From assembly GCA_964464605.1 (NCBI GenBank), contig CAYXJN010000005.1:62001-126000 (forward strand): DNA of 64,000 nucleotides, written 5' to 3'. Shown one piece after another: positions 20,244 to 31,104 of the stretch (positions are counted from its first letter, which is position 1; every line of letters begins with the position of its first letter). The DNA is from an uncultured Ignavibacteriales bacterium. Lineage in GTDB: Bacteria; Zixibacteria; MSB-5A5; GN15; FEB-12. The notes beneath the pieces are model-generated. The model was given only the letters and a program-made list of their open reading frames with translations. It was not told the origin of the DNA and ran no database searches. The position numbers were made by a program, and so were the translations under genes.

Positions 20244-21527
20244 CTAACTCACTGATACCGGATGGTTTCCGGTTCGCCTGTATTGGTCAAAGGGGAAGGG
20301 GGAAAGCGCTTCGTTTGTGTTGTAATAATTCGGCATCCAGCCGCGATTGAACTTTGCCACTAATCCTTTTGTCCAGGGTTCACCATTCGCTTGAGCAATA
20401 GTTCGAATTGTCTGCTCCAGTTTGCGCGTTGATTCCTGACAGGAGATATGCTGCATCGCCCATGCTCGCGGGGTAAACTGGTTCGGATTGTTTTTGAACC
20501 AGAGCAGCGTTTCTGCAAATTTGCCGGCATCGACAATTTTGCCGGTCTGTTCGTTTATCCAGGCGTAATCGAGCCCAACATGGTCGCTCATAATAATCGC
20601 CGGAGTGTCGGCGAACATCCCTTCGATAATTGCTTTGTTGCCGCTTTCTTTGAGGGAGAGCATCAGATTCACGCGGGATTTACCAAAGAGGATATTGATA
20701 TCCTTCTGGTCGACATCTTCCATAACCACTACCTTGTCCCGAACACCGTAATAGTCGATTTGATCTTCGATTGTCCGGCGGGTTCCGGCATAAGCCCCGC
20801 CGATAATCAGCGCGCGGTAGGTAGGATCGTCGATTTGTGTGAGCGCTTCAAATAACAGGTAATGCCGTTTTACTGGATTCCAGGTTGCGACCATTATACA
20901 ATCATACTCTTTTTCAGCCGGAACAGGGAAAAAGGTGCGGTCATCGATCCAGGTACAGGGATTAAAATCAGCCGTTTTCAAGTTGCTGTCGAGCCGTTTC
21001 AGAAAACCGTATTCGGGTGGAACGGCGGCTCCGACAATTACCGATGCATTCGGGTACGCCGTAAACTGCAATACTTCCGGACGGCATGCGCCGTAATAGC
21101 TGAGTTCAAGGGCTAAATAATAATCATGTAGCACTCTCTCTAAATCGTAAGTTCTGCGGAACCATGAGTAGGTGTCGAGAAATTTGAGCAGGATAACACC
21201 TTTTTCATTCCCATTTTGCTCTTTCAATTTAATTAACCGGCGCTGATAAATTGATTCTTCGAGCGGTTCATGCGGTGGAACGAGGGCATCGATAATATCA
21301 GTTCGCAGCAGGTTCAGGTTTTTCAACAGCTTTTCACGAAGTATCTGTTCGTTTTCGGTAAAACTGTTGCGATGGGAGAGCATCAACAGTTTCGAACTCT
21401 GTTTGCGGCTGAGTGGATACACCAGCAACCCAAAAACGAGTAGCACGAAACTCACTAACCTGCCGAACCAGCGGGAATAGCGAATCTTCAATAGTTTTAG
21501 CGAAAAAAAGGTGCGTAGTTTTTTCAT
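20244..21527 (-). CDS. Glycosyltransferase (GT-B, GT4-like)
   Basis: VKRHYLL, SLKESGNKAIIEGMFADTP (EX7E), INEQTG. Confidence 0.8.
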   Translation of the reverse strand: MKKLRTFFSLKLLKIRYSRWFGRLVSFVLLVFGLLVYPLSRKQSSKLLMLSHRNSFTENEQILREKLLKNLNLLRTDIIDALVPPHEPLEESIYQRRLIKLKEQNGNEKGVILLKFLDTYSWFRRTYDLERVLHDYYLALELSYYGACRPEVLQFTAYPNASVIVGAAVPPEYGFLKRLDSNLKTADFNPCTWIDDRTFFPVPAEKEYDCIMVATWNPVKRHYLLFEALTQIDDPTYRALIIGGAYAGTRRTIEDQIDYYGVRDKVVVMEDVDQKDINILFGKSRVNLMLSLKESGNKAIIEGMFADTPAIIMSDHVGLDYAWINEQTGKIVDAGKFAETLLWFKNNPNQFTPRAWAMQHISCQESTRKLEQTIRTIAQANGEPWTKGLVAKFNRGWMPNYYNTNEALSPFPFDQYRRTGNHPVSVS

Positions 21528-22642
21528 GACAGTATTCGCCGGTAAAAGTCCTGCGTGTCCTGAACCATCCGTTTGACGGAGAACCGTTCTTCGGCGCGCT
21601 GTTTTGCGGTTTCGCCGATACGTTTTGCATTTGGTAAATCAGCGAGTAATGCATCGACTTGTTTGGCCATCGCCGGTTCATCGTAGGAAGGAATGAGAAA
21701 CCCGGTTTTTCCTTGCTCGATAACTTCGTTATTACCGCCGGTATCAAACGCAACTGAGGGTAATCCGGAAAATGCATATTCAACCAGTACGTTCGATAAG
21801 CCTTCCGACTCCGAAGTCAGAACACCCACTGAGAAAAGTCTCATAACATCATAGATATGATCCGCTGTGTAGTAAAAATGCACCCGGTCGCTAATACCGA
21901 GTGACTGAGCTAAGTTGGCCAACTGCTGCTTGTCCTGGCCGTAGCCAACTATCAAAAAGTGTGCGGTTGTGTGGGACATGAGCGATGCCATCCGCACGAA
22001 GCGGTCGACCCGTTTAATCGCTTTCAAGTTGGCAACGATGCCGACAATCGGGACTGATTCTGGAATGCCGAGCATCTGCCGGGTAACGGACGACGTCTGA
22101 TTTGTTTGAGCGGGTGTTACGCCGTTGTAAATGACTTCGATATTTTGTGCCGGAATCGTTTCATATTTCGTAACTATGTTTTTGATCGCCTGCGCGTTGG
22201 CTATGCAGTAATGTGAAAAACGATTGAGAAAATTGGTCACGTGACGGCGGGGCTGCGAATACCACCAGCCCATATCTCGTCGGGAAACAACGATTTGCGG
22301 AACCCCCGCCCATTTACCGGCAATAACACCGAGGATGTTCGAATCGATAAAAAAGATTTGCAGAATATCGATCTGGTTTTTTAGGAGTTCCTGTTTCAAC
22401 CGATTGATCCCTTTTATCGCGCCGATGGAACCGAGACTGGTAACATTCAACTGCTCGATAGGGCAGTTCACATGCAATTTATTGTCAAGCGGAACTGTCC
22501 GCATCGTGTAGAGAAACGGCGTAAACTGTGTCCGGTCGAGATTATTGATTAAGACAGCAAGTTGGTTTTCTGTGCCGCCGCCGCCGCCGAAAAAATCGAT
22601 AAGATAGGCGATCCGTATCGGCTTAGATGATGATACAACCAT
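21524..22642 (-). CDS. Glycosyltransferase family 4
   Basis: GGGTENQ, IYNGV, SESEGLSNVLVEYA, GGNNEVIEQGKTG. Confidence 0.92.
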   Translation of the reverse strand: MVVSSSKPIRIAYLIDFFGGGGGTENQLAVLINNLDRTQFTPFLYTMRTVPLDNKLHVNCPIEQLNVTSLGSIGAIKGINRLKQELLKNQIDILQIFFIDSNILGVIAGKWAGVPQIVVSRRDMGWWYSQPRRHVTNFLNRFSHYCIANAQAIKNIVTKYETIPAQNIEVIYNGVTPAQTNQTSSVTRQMLGIPESVPIVGIVANLKAIKRVDRFVRMASLMSHTTAHFLIVGYGQDKQQLANLAQSLGISDRVHFYYTADHIYDVMRLFSVGVLTSESEGLSNVLVEYAFSGLPSVAFDTGGNNEVIEQGKTGFLIPSYDEPAMAKQVDALLADLPNAKRIGETAKQRAEERFSVKRMVQDTQDFYRRILS

Positions 22643-22657
22643 ATCCGGAATATATCG

Positions 22658-23743
22658 TCATTTTCGCGATGTTGATATATAGATATCGTTGAGCAATATC
22701 GCCTGACGGGTAAGGCTGTACCGCTCACGAAGAATCCGGTTTCCTTCTTCTCCGAATCGCCACATCAGTTTCCGATTGTCGATTGTATGCCGTAAAGCAG
22801 TCGAAAGCGCGGTAATATCATAGGGGGGAACGACGATTCCTGATTGACCGTCAATTATCATTTCCGGTATCCCACCGACTGTCGTGGCCAGTACGCCCAG
22901 CCGCTCGGCCCATGCTTCAAGGATGATGAGTGGCATTCCTTCCGAACGGGATGACATAACCAGCGCGTCCATCGTTTTGAAAACTGAGCGAATATCAGCA
23001 ACAAACCCCATAAACTGGATTCGATCTTCCTGTTTTAGTGTTTTGACCAGCTCACGCAAACGATCTTCTTCAGGTCCTTGTCCGTAGAGATACACAACAA
23101 ACGGCGGTGCATCGGCAGGAATACAGGCGATTGCTTCAACGAGAATATCGAATCCTTTTTCGTAGCTGAAACGCCCTGCGCCGATAAGTTTGACCGGACC
23201 CGATTCCGAACGATTCGGCGGTGTAGTCGGCAGTGTGGCAGTATCGACCGCGTTCGGCACTACAGAAATTTTATCAGTCGCAATTCCGCGATGAATCAAT
23301 AATCGTTTGGTATGCTCCGAGACCGCAATAACGCGCGGTGTCCGCTTGAGCATAAAGGTATCGATAGCGTTGTAGACTTTGACTTTGAAATCTTCACTGG
23401 TAACACCGTGATAGTAAGCGATACGATTGGTTGGCAATCCGTTTGTCGCCCAATAACTGTAAAAGGTCGATTTGTAATCGTGAGAGACAATTAGATCGAC
23501 TTTTTTGCTTTTGATAATATCCCGCAGCTGTGGAATAACCCGCAAATCACCCGGGAAAGACTCATGCAGCGCGACGGTCGGAATGCCACTGTTGGCACAC
23601 TCTGTCAGAAATTTCGGTTGGACATTGTTTCGCGCATATGATCCGCAGATAAACTGAAACTGCGGCAGATGGCGGCATTGCCCGATAATTAATCGTTCCG
23701 GACTGCCGAATAAATCGGAACTGCGCAGGTGTAAAATCGTCAT
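22658..23743 (-). CDS. Glycosyltransferase family 4
   Basis: GSPER, GRFSYEKGFD, SRSEGMPLIILEAW, VGGIPEMI. Confidence 0.92.
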   Translation of the reverse strand: MTILHLRSSDLFGSPERLIIGQCRHLPQFQFICGSYARNNVQPKFLTECANSGIPTVALHESFPGDLRVIPQLRDIIKSKKVDLIVSHDYKSTFYSYWATNGLPTNRIAYYHGVTSEDFKVKVYNAIDTFMLKRTPRVIAVSEHTKRLLIHRGIATDKISVVPNAVDTATLPTTPPNRSESGPVKLIGAGRFSYEKGFDILVEAIACIPADAPPFVVYLYGQGPEEDRLRELVKTLKQEDRIQFMGFVADIRSVFKTMDALVMSSRSEGMPLIILEAWAERLGVLATTVGGIPEMIIDGQSGIVVPPYDITALSTALRHTIDNRKLMWRFGEEGNRILRERYSLTRQAILLNDIYISTSRK

Positions 23744-24936
23744 CTGCCGGCAATCCCTTGTAAAAACTGCTCAAGTGTTTTCGACAAACTATCCCAGCCA
23801 TACCGGTCGATAACTAACTGCCGTCCCGCTTTTCCTAACTGTATTGCTGTTTGCCGATCGGCGATTAGCTGATTCACCGCCTGTGCGAATGTTTCCGGTG
23901 TGTCGGCCAGTCGCAAATGCGTGTTGTTTTCGATTTCCAATCCTTCCGCGCCGACCGTGGTTGAAACCACCGCTTTTTCCATACTCATCGCTTCCAAGAT
24001 TTTCAATCGTGAGCCGCCGCCAATACGAAGCGGGACAATATAGACTGCCGCTTTGGAAATGTAGGGACGGACATCGTCGACTGTTCCGGTAATCTGCATT
24101 CCGGAAATTTTGCCCAGCGCCTGAATATATTCCGGTGGATTGCGGCCGACAAAGACCGCTTGTAAATCCGGGTGTGTTCGTTTCAAAATCGGCAAAATTT
24201 CCTGCGCAAAGAATTCGGCTGCGTCCTGATTCGGACGCCAGTCCATCGAACCGGTGAACACAAGCGTAGGGGAAGCGGCAGTTTCGATTTTAGGCGCGAA
24301 ATAATCAAAATCGACGCCATTATCGACGACTTGTACTTTAAGGCGCGGATTCATAGCTTGGAGTTCATCCGCTTCTTTTTTCGATACGGCGGTTGCGCCA
24401 TCGGCAGCGAGAAATGCATCCTGCTCGAACTTCGCTACTTTTGCATGCTGTTTTTGAATATACCACCGTTTAGCCGGATTCGTTTCGTTTTCGGCGTAAC
24501 GGCGCCAAATATGGCTTTCGACATTATGTGCGACGATAACTTGCTTGATCGCACTATGCGGCCGGCCGAAAATCGCATATGGGCTCCACTCCGATAACAA
24601 GATATCCGGTTTTGATTGGTTCAGCAGCGATGCAAGCGCTTCGGCATATAATCGTGAATAATGACTGTCGACTATGTAGGGAAGCGGAGAGAGAAGATTT
24701 TTGGCCAAACGAAAATAAAAATAAAGTCCGGACTTTTCCGGAATCTGCGAAGGGACTGCGTATGGCTGAATCCCAGCCTGATGAAGCGCTTCATAGCTTT
24801 CGGAGTTACCTTCACCGTAGGCGAGATACCGGATTTCATGCCGCTTGGCTAACCGGGAAATAAGATTGTACGTACGGATCCGTTTGCCGGTATTAAGCGG
24901 CAAGGGGAATTCTTCATCCAGAACGATTATTCGCAT
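23740..24936 (-). CDS. Glycosyltransferase family 4 (EPS-locus type)
   Basis: PLPLNTGKRIRTY, HNVES, FTGSMDWRPNQDA, GGGSRLKILEAM, GAEGL. Confidence 0.92.
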   Translation of the reverse strand: MRIIVLDEEFPLPLNTGKRIRTYNLISRLAKRHEIRYLAYGEGNSESYEALHQAGIQPYAVPSQIPEKSGLYFYFRLAKNLLSPLPYIVDSHYSRLYAEALASLLNQSKPDILLSEWSPYAIFGRPHSAIKQVIVAHNVESHIWRRYAENETNPAKRWYIQKQHAKVAKFEQDAFLAADGATAVSKKEADELQAMNPRLKVQVVDNGVDFDYFAPKIETAASPTLVFTGSMDWRPNQDAAEFFAQEILPILKRTHPDLQAVFVGRNPPEYIQALGKISGMQITGTVDDVRPYISKAAVYIVPLRIGGGSRLKILEAMSMEKAVVSTTVGAEGLEIENNTHLRLADTPETFAQAVNQLIADRQTAIQLGKAGRQLVIDRYGWDSLSKTLEQFLQGIAGR

Positions 24937-24939
24937 CGG

Positions 24940-26748
24940 TTACTTATGGGTTACCAGTTTTTTGCGGCGGTCTAAAATTTCACCGGCGAGATCATCGACC
25001 GAACGTTTCGCTCTAAACAGTTGATCCCACAAATAGAGGTTCAGTAGCGTCCAATACAACATCGCCTGTGATGTTTGCCCGGTTTGCAGCGTGCGAAGGT
25101 TTTCCGCACCATAGGTCGATTGCGCCATATCGGCAATTGGCTGGAACAATGCACCGGGACGTGCCCAGTAATCGATTGAAAAGCCAAAGCTCTGTTTCGG
25201 GCGGGTAATCAACTGTTCCGGAAATCCGTATTGACGCATTAAGGTTCGGAAGGCATGCTTCGGTTCCGGTTTGTTCCAGTCCATTTTATGCTGCCAGGGT
25301 AGTTTAAACTGATACTCGATCAATTCCGGAATCAAAAACGGGTAAAAGAAAATGATTTTGCATTCCTCGGCTAACCGGCACCATTGTCCAAGCGGGTGCG
25401 CCGCTTGTCCGATAAAGGTAAGCGCAGTCAGACGGTCGTACATGCCGAGTTTCATGTACGGCTTCATAAATTCAACGCGCCCATCGTACGGCTTGCTTCC
25501 ACCTTTGGCGAAAATAGTCTCGATCATATGGTGGTCAGCATAACGATACAAGGTCCAGAAGATATGCTGCGGATTGTTTTCGATTTTGTCACTGAAATCA
25601 TGCGTCATAATTTCCAAGCGGCCATGTTTCAATCCTAATCCGTTGTAAGCCCAGCGCAGCGGAAGGTTGAGATGCGTAGAATTCAGGATTTTGAGAACGG
25701 TCTGGTATTTTGAAAACATGGTCATCATCGAATCGCCCGATAACGTGTCTGCCATCTGACCGCAGACTACTATATCACAGCCATCTGCACCGATTCGTTT
25801 GTACAGCAAATGCAAAAGCACCGTTTGCAGGTGATCAAGCGGTTCACCTGTTTTGGAAATTGTTTCGACTAAGCCGTACAAATATTCTTCTGCCGTAGGC
25901 GTAGTAGAAAGAGAAGGAATGCCTAAATGATCGGCCACTGTTTTTGCATATGGAATTTCCCGATCGTTCGGATCGATAGCGGAAAAGCTGGTTGTGTAGG
26001 ATGGAATGGCCGGATGCGTTTTGACACACATTGCAGTCAGCAATGAAGAATCAACTCCGCCGCTCAGTAAGATAGCCGGTTTTTTGTATTCACCGAGCAT
26101 ACGGCTGATTTGTCGCTGCAGGATTTCACCGGTCTCCTGAATTCCTTCGTTGGCATGCTTCGGTTGTATCATGCTGTCGCGGAAACACCAGAGCTGTTCA
26201 TCGAATTCGGCGCCGGTCGCAACGGTAACGGTAAAATTCCGTCCCGCAATCAATCGCTGAATATCGGTAAAAAGTGATCGGCGGGGTACAACGACCCGGT
26301 ACGTCATATACTCCGGTTTCGCCTGTTCGGACACTTCAAGCGGAAGGCCGTGGGTTTGAAACTCAAGCGGAGAGGTAGCAATACACAATACATCCGGTTT
26401 CGAATGCAGATAATACGAACGGGCGTTGGTATAACTGTTGTATATACGGCAAATGCCCCGTGTGCAGTCGATCGTGATAAATACAAAGAGGTCATCATCC
26501 GGAATCCCGCCTTGCGGCGGCTTCGCTTCCAGTGATTCATACATCTGACGTGCGCGGGCGGCATCGATCGGAACGAGTGATTCTCCAACAACGATTGTGT
26601 TCCCCAGTTCATGCAGGAAAGCGTAATGCTGATTGAATGTAAATCCGACGGCGAGCGAGTCGCGAATGATACTATGGGAAGTAACCCCGGCTTTGGGTGC
26701 GCTTTGCGCGATAGCATGGGCAGCCGGTCTTACATCAAGATAGAACAT
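24940..26748 (-). CDS. Asparagine synthase-related amide ligase (lacks N-terminal Cys)
   Basis: PP-loop LLSGGVDSSLL, GQMADTLSG, YPFL, RPKQSF; N-terminal Ntn domain degenerate. Confidence 0.8.
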   Translation of the reverse strand: MFYLDVRPAAHAIAQSAPKAGVTSHSIIRDSLAVGFTFNQHYAFLHELGNTIVVGESLVPIDAARARQMYESLEAKPPQGGIPDDDLFVFITIDCTRGICRIYNSYTNARSYYLHSKPDVLCIATSPLEFQTHGLPLEVSEQAKPEYMTYRVVVPRRSLFTDIQRLIAGRNFTVTVATGAEFDEQLWCFRDSMIQPKHANEGIQETGEILQRQISRMLGEYKKPAILLSGGVDSSLLTAMCVKTHPAIPSYTTSFSAIDPNDREIPYAKTVADHLGIPSLSTTPTAEEYLYGLVETISKTGEPLDHLQTVLLHLLYKRIGADGCDIVVCGQMADTLSGDSMMTMFSKYQTVLKILNSTHLNLPLRWAYNGLGLKHGRLEIMTHDFSDKIENNPQHIFWTLYRYADHHMIETIFAKGGSKPYDGRVEFMKPYMKLGMYDRLTALTFIGQAAHPLGQWCRLAEECKIIFFYPFLIPELIEYQFKLPWQHKMDWNKPEPKHAFRTLMRQYGFPEQLITRPKQSFGFSIDYWARPGALFQPIADMAQSTYGAENLRTLQTGQTSQAMLYWTLLNLYLWDQLFRAKRSVDDLAGEILDRRKKLVTHK

Positions 26749-26776
26749 GACATTTCCTTGTCGTTACTTTAGGCGA

Positions 26777-28093
26777 TTATCGCGTATTGTTCACGGTAAA
26801 CCGATATTTACCTGATTTCAGCGCCGGAATACTATCCACAAATTCAAAATCGATTTGCGCCTGCGTGCCAACCTGCGTGCGCATCATCGTTTCAAGTGGC
26901 GCCGTGTCGATTCGATCCAGCTCGGTAACAATTCGCACCACTAATCTGTCGCCCGGTTCCTGCACGACCTGAAACTGTTTTACTTCCGGACGGCCATAGA
27001 ACAGATGGGTGAAAAACTCACCATGGATGAACTTGCCGTTAATCGTGATAATATCGGTCGAGCGTCCGGTTATCTTCGCAAGCCGCGGCCATGTTCTGCC
27101 GCAGGCGCAGGTACCGGTGCGGAGCTCCGCCATATCACCGATTCGATAGCGAATAAACGGAAACGCGAAATTAGTGAGATCGGTAACCACGATATATCCG
27201 GTTTCACCGGGCTGGACGCTTTGTCCCTGTTCGTTGACGACTTCAACGATTCTTCCGGAAGCAAAGGTGTGCATGCCATCATGCGCAGGACATTCGGCTG
27301 CTAAATGACTCACTTCCCGCGAGCCATAAAAATTGTAGACTTTGGTTGCAAACGCCTGCTCGATTGCCTGTCGCTGATGGTCATAGAGCATTTCGGCCGA
27401 TGCCCGCACCGCAACCGGATGAATGTTAACTCTGCCACTCCGTAAAATTGCCTCTGCCGCTAAATGCAGTGATGAAGCATAGCCGATGATATAGGTCGGC
27501 TGCCAGTTATGCAGCATCGTAAGATATGCCGTCATTCGCTCGTTCGTAACGTTGAATGAATTGAGCGGGCGGACTCGCTTCAGTTTTATTTTCATCCGCT
27601 CACGGAACGATTGCTCGGCGAAATCCTGGTCTGCACCCCAGAAAGCGGCGGTTTTGTCACCAACGCCGACGTTCAACCAACTGAGATATAAGAACTCGAG
27701 CGCATCCGACCAGGCTTTGTAGTGACTATCCTGATAGAAATTGACCGGATTTCCGGTCGAGCCGCCGGTTGCATTACTAAATGTCGTGCGACCGGTTTCA
27801 CAGCGAATATTTTCACTCTGCGTTTGAATATCTTCCCGGGTAAGGAGCGGTAACGATGTGATTTGCGAAAATGATGTCAGCTTATTTGGCAAACGGTCAC
27901 GATAAAACGAAGATTTTGCTTTGGCTTGTTCCAACAGCGCATTCAAACGCTGCAATTGTACCTGCTGCAATTGTTCGATTGGTAAACGTTCCTCCTGCTC
28001 GACCATTTTAAGAATATCAAACGCCGGATCGTTGGAGAGCCGCGCCCGCAGACGAAGCCATGAAGTATACACCTGTGAGTAAAAACTGCTCAT
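26777..28093 (-). CDS. Phenylacetate-CoA ligase family / CapK-like adenylate-forming protein
   Basis: TGGSTGNP, GYASSL, YGSRE, PFIRYRIGD, CACGR, GRSTD, SGKYRF. Confidence 0.9.
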   Translation of the reverse strand: MSSFYSQVYTSWLRLRARLSNDPAFDILKMVEQEERLPIEQLQQVQLQRLNALLEQAKAKSSFYRDRLPNKLTSFSQITSLPLLTREDIQTQSENIRCETGRTTFSNATGGSTGNPVNFYQDSHYKAWSDALEFLYLSWLNVGVGDKTAAFWGADQDFAEQSFRERMKIKLKRVRPLNSFNVTNERMTAYLTMLHNWQPTYIIGYASSLHLAAEAILRSGRVNIHPVAVRASAEMLYDHQRQAIEQAFATKVYNFYGSREVSHLAAECPAHDGMHTFASGRIVEVVNEQGQSVQPGETGYIVVTDLTNFAFPFIRYRIGDMAELRTGTCACGRTWPRLAKITGRSTDIITINGKFIHGEFFTHLFYGRPEVKQFQVVQEPGDRLVVRIVTELDRIDTAPLETMMRTQVGTQAQIDFEFVDSIPALKSGKYRFTVNNTR

Positions 28094-28096
28094 CGG

Positions 28097-29521
28097 TTAT
28101 GCATGCGCCGTACTGGGTGTGGTTTCATTGGTGCTCGGTTTTTCATCCGATGCCGCTATTTGGTCATGCGCATGTAACATTGCGCTTAGGGCTGTGGTCA
28201 ATCCGGCCATCATATACCAGGTATATCGGAAAAATGTGTGCCCAAACATACCCGATACAAACAGAGCGATCATCGAAATAAAAATACCGTTGGCGAAAGT
28301 ACCGATCCAGCCTGTTTCTTCGTTTCCTTTCGTTTCGCGGATAATTCGCCTGAGCGTTCGGATATAATAATATAAAAACGTAATCCACATGGCAGTTCCC
28401 AGCGCTCCGGTAGAAGCAATAACCTGAATATACAGATTATGCGGGTCCATCCATTGGGGGGAACCGAACTCACCGGAGTTATACGCCCATGCGAACGCAC
28501 CGGCGCCGACACCAAGAACGGGACGGTGAATCATCATTTGTATGCCCGCCTGCCAAATTTCCCAGCGACCTGATGAACCTTTGTTGATATCGGTCGCGAC
28601 TTCGCCGAATCGTTCGTAACGGGCTTTGTATTGTTCCGGTAACATAAACCAACCGATGAACAAAAACCCGACTGTGGCCAGTGTATAGAGATATTTTTGT
28701 TTAGAATAGGAAATTGCGGCGAAGACGGTTCCTAAAAATGACACTAATCCACCGCGTGATGCCGTCAGCGTAATAAAGGCTATCATAATGATTGTTAATA
28801 GCGCGGTTGCCCATTTAGCAAAGAATTGGCGGTAGTAAAAGAACATAGCGACAATGAGCGGTACTGTTGCGGCCATTGTCGAAGCGAGGGTGTTCGGGTC
28901 ACCGCCTGCGGAGGTACTTCCACTCAGCCGGTCGACATCCATGGTATGAACAAACGCACCGCCGAGATAATTTTTGAAAGCATCGAACGCGATATAGCTG
29001 ATAAGCAGCACGAAAATCGACATGAAGGTAACGAATCGTTTTCGCGTGACCAGATTACAGACAATCAGATAATAGAAAATGATAAGCTTCAGAAAGTCCA
29101 TCGTCGCTTCTATTGTTTGGCTTACTTCATATGATGTAAAAATAGAGAGGGCGATAACGATCATCAGCCCCAGCATACAGAGCGTGATTTTATCCATCGG
29201 CCAGATGACCCGCCCGATCGTGAATTTCTGATTAATGATCGTCGCCAACAGCGCAAATCCGCCTACCAAGAGTTCCAATCGCAAGGCGGCAAGAGAAGGA
29301 AACAGTTCGGCGGGTCGTAAAAGAAAGATTGCAAGATAGGCGACAAGGCCGTACATCGGGTATTTGAGAATCAAAAAGGCATTGAGTAAAACGATAATGG
29401 CAGCGATTACGATAAGCGGATTGACAAAAATAACGGTAATCGAAGCCGCAATGCAGATAAGCAGAAGCAGACTCCACCAGAGCAACGGAGCGGTAATATA
29501 TTCATGCTGTTGGCGTGCCAT
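28097..29521 (-). CDS. O-antigen ligase/Wzy-like polymerase family protein
   Basis: Multi-pass membrane protein; DPNTLA, TASRGG, GRWEIWQAG, PVLGVGAGAF, PHNLYIQV. Confidence 0.9.
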   Translation of the reverse strand: MARQQHEYITAPLLWWSLLLLICIAASITVIFVNPLIVIAAIIVLLNAFLILKYPMYGLVAYLAIFLLRPAELFPSLAALRLELLVGGFALLATIINQKFTIGRVIWPMDKITLCMLGLMIVIALSIFTSYEVSQTIEATMDFLKLIIFYYLIVCNLVTRKRFVTFMSIFVLLISYIAFDAFKNYLGGAFVHTMDVDRLSGSTSAGGDPNTLASTMAATVPLIVAMFFYYRQFFAKWATALLTIIMIAFITLTASRGGLVSFLGTVFAAISYSKQKYLYTLATVGFLFIGWFMLPEQYKARYERFGEVATDINKGSSGRWEIWQAGIQMMIHRPVLGVGAGAFAWAYNSGEFGSPQWMDPHNLYIQVIASTGALGTAMWITFLYYYIRTLRRIIRETKGNEETGWIGTFANGIFISMIALFVSGMFGHTFFRYTWYMMAGLTTALSAMLHAHDQIAASDEKPSTNETTPSTAHA

Positions 29522-29557
29522 TATGATATCATGTTTCCGGCATTCGGCGTGAGCCGA

Positions 29558-31093
29558 TTATGCATTTGCGCCGCCCAGCTTGCGGCGTATGAAGCCGGGC
29601 AGGCGGCGAATAATACTGATTTTGTCATCCGGCTGTAATATAACCATCCAAAGGCCAACAAGCATGCAGAGAGTCATCGCGCCGGCATCGAGAAATAAAT
29701 GGACCCAGGTGTCCGGAGGGTCCATATAGGCGACCAGATAGCCGATCGGCAGGGTAAACAAGGCTGCGAAAAACATCGAGCGGAACATTTCTTTATAGAA
29801 AATTCTTACCGGGGCGTTGATAGCTTTATAAAACATGATCGGATAAATCGCAGTGTAGATAATCAACTGGGAAATGACCGTTCCAATCGCCACGCCGATA
29901 ATTCCCATCGTTTGCGCAAGAATGACTGAGAGCACAATTTTGATAACTGCCTCAGCTCCCAAAATATAGACCGCGAGTTTGTGGCGGGAAATGCCATACA
30001 ACACTGATGTGGCAATCGTTTGCGGAATAGAAATAGCCGTCGGAATAGCCAGGAGGTAGAGAATGGTAACGGACTCTTCGAATCCCTTTTTTACCCACAG
30101 GTGAATGAAGGGGCTGCCTAAAATGAACATTCCGACTGCAAAGAACCCGGATAGATAATACAGGTAACGGGTCGATTTGCTGTATAAGCTGACAATCCGC
30201 TCGAATTTATTTTCAGCTTCGAAGTGGCTGATCGTCGGCACAATCGGGGTGGCAATGGCATACACCGAGGTTCGCAGCTGCATGAGCAATTGCGAGGCGA
30301 TGGAATAGACGGCAACCGCTTCGACCGAAATGAACCGCCCGATAATAATATTATCGCTTTGATTGCTGATAACCCAGGTTGCCGCGACTAAAAACGAGAA
30401 GAAGGCATATGAAAACATTTCTTTGGTGGTATCTTTGTCAATAGCGGCGAAAGAAAAACGAACTTCCGGAAACAACCGTTTACGAACGGAACTCATCACG
30501 ATTCGGCTCAGTAACTGAAGTACCAAAACCAGAACGGCCATTTCGATCAGGCCATATCCCATTTCCAGCAGGACAACCATCCCGACGGTCTGGAGGACTT
30601 TGGTACTGAAATTTATATAGAAGCTGATATCGAACCGATGGAACGGTCCGAGACTGGAGGAAGGCATCTGCACGAAATTAAGCGCCGTACTTAATCCTAA
30701 AATTAAAAGCGCCCACTGGGCAACATGGTCATATTCGGTCGGAATCTGAAACGAATGTAAAAATCCGAATACGACAATAACCGTTACGGCGAAAAACACA
30801 ATCCCGACGATGGTGTAGATGCGAATCGAGGAGCTGAATACTTTGTTTAAGCCGACCCAATCTTTGACGGCGTAATATCTCGAAATAAAGCGGACAATCG
30901 ACTGACGCATCCCCATATCCACCATTTCCATATAGGTGATAATGGAGAATAAGAGCGTCCAGATACCGTACTGCTCTTTACCGAGCTTATTGATAAAATA
31001 GGGAGTGAAAAAGAAGGTCAATAACAGCCCAAGCACCATCCCGGCGTAGGAGGTAACGAGGTTTTTGAATAATTGACCGACAACCGATTTCAT
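29558..31093 (-). CDS. Wzx-like polysaccharide flippase (MOP superfamily)
   Basis: About 14 TM helices; TPYFINKLGKEQYGIW, DMGMRQSIVRF, SDNIIIG, VAVYSIA. Confidence 0.9.
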   Translation of the reverse strand: MKSVVGQLFKNLVTSYAGMVLGLLLTFFFTPYFINKLGKEQYGIWTLLFSIITYMEMVDMGMRQSIVRFISRYYAVKDWVGLNKVFSSSIRIYTIVGIVFFAVTVIVVFGFLHSFQIPTEYDHVAQWALLILGLSTALNFVQMPSSSLGPFHRFDISFYINFSTKVLQTVGMVVLLEMGYGLIEMAVLVLVLQLLSRIVMSSVRKRLFPEVRFSFAAIDKDTTKEMFSYAFFSFLVAATWVISNQSDNIIIGRFISVEAVAVYSIASQLLMQLRTSVYAIATPIVPTISHFEAENKFERIVSLYSKSTRYLYYLSGFFAVGMFILGSPFIHLWVKKGFEESVTILYLLAIPTAISIPQTIATSVLYGISRHKLAVYILGAEAVIKIVLSVILAQTMGIIGVAIGTVISQLIIYTAIYPIMFYKAINAPVRIFYKEMFRSMFFAALFTLPIGYLVAYMDPPDTWVHLFLDAGAMTLCMLVGLWMVILQPDDKISIIRRLPGFIRRKLGGANA

Positions 31094-31104
31094 GTGTTGC
31101 TTGT

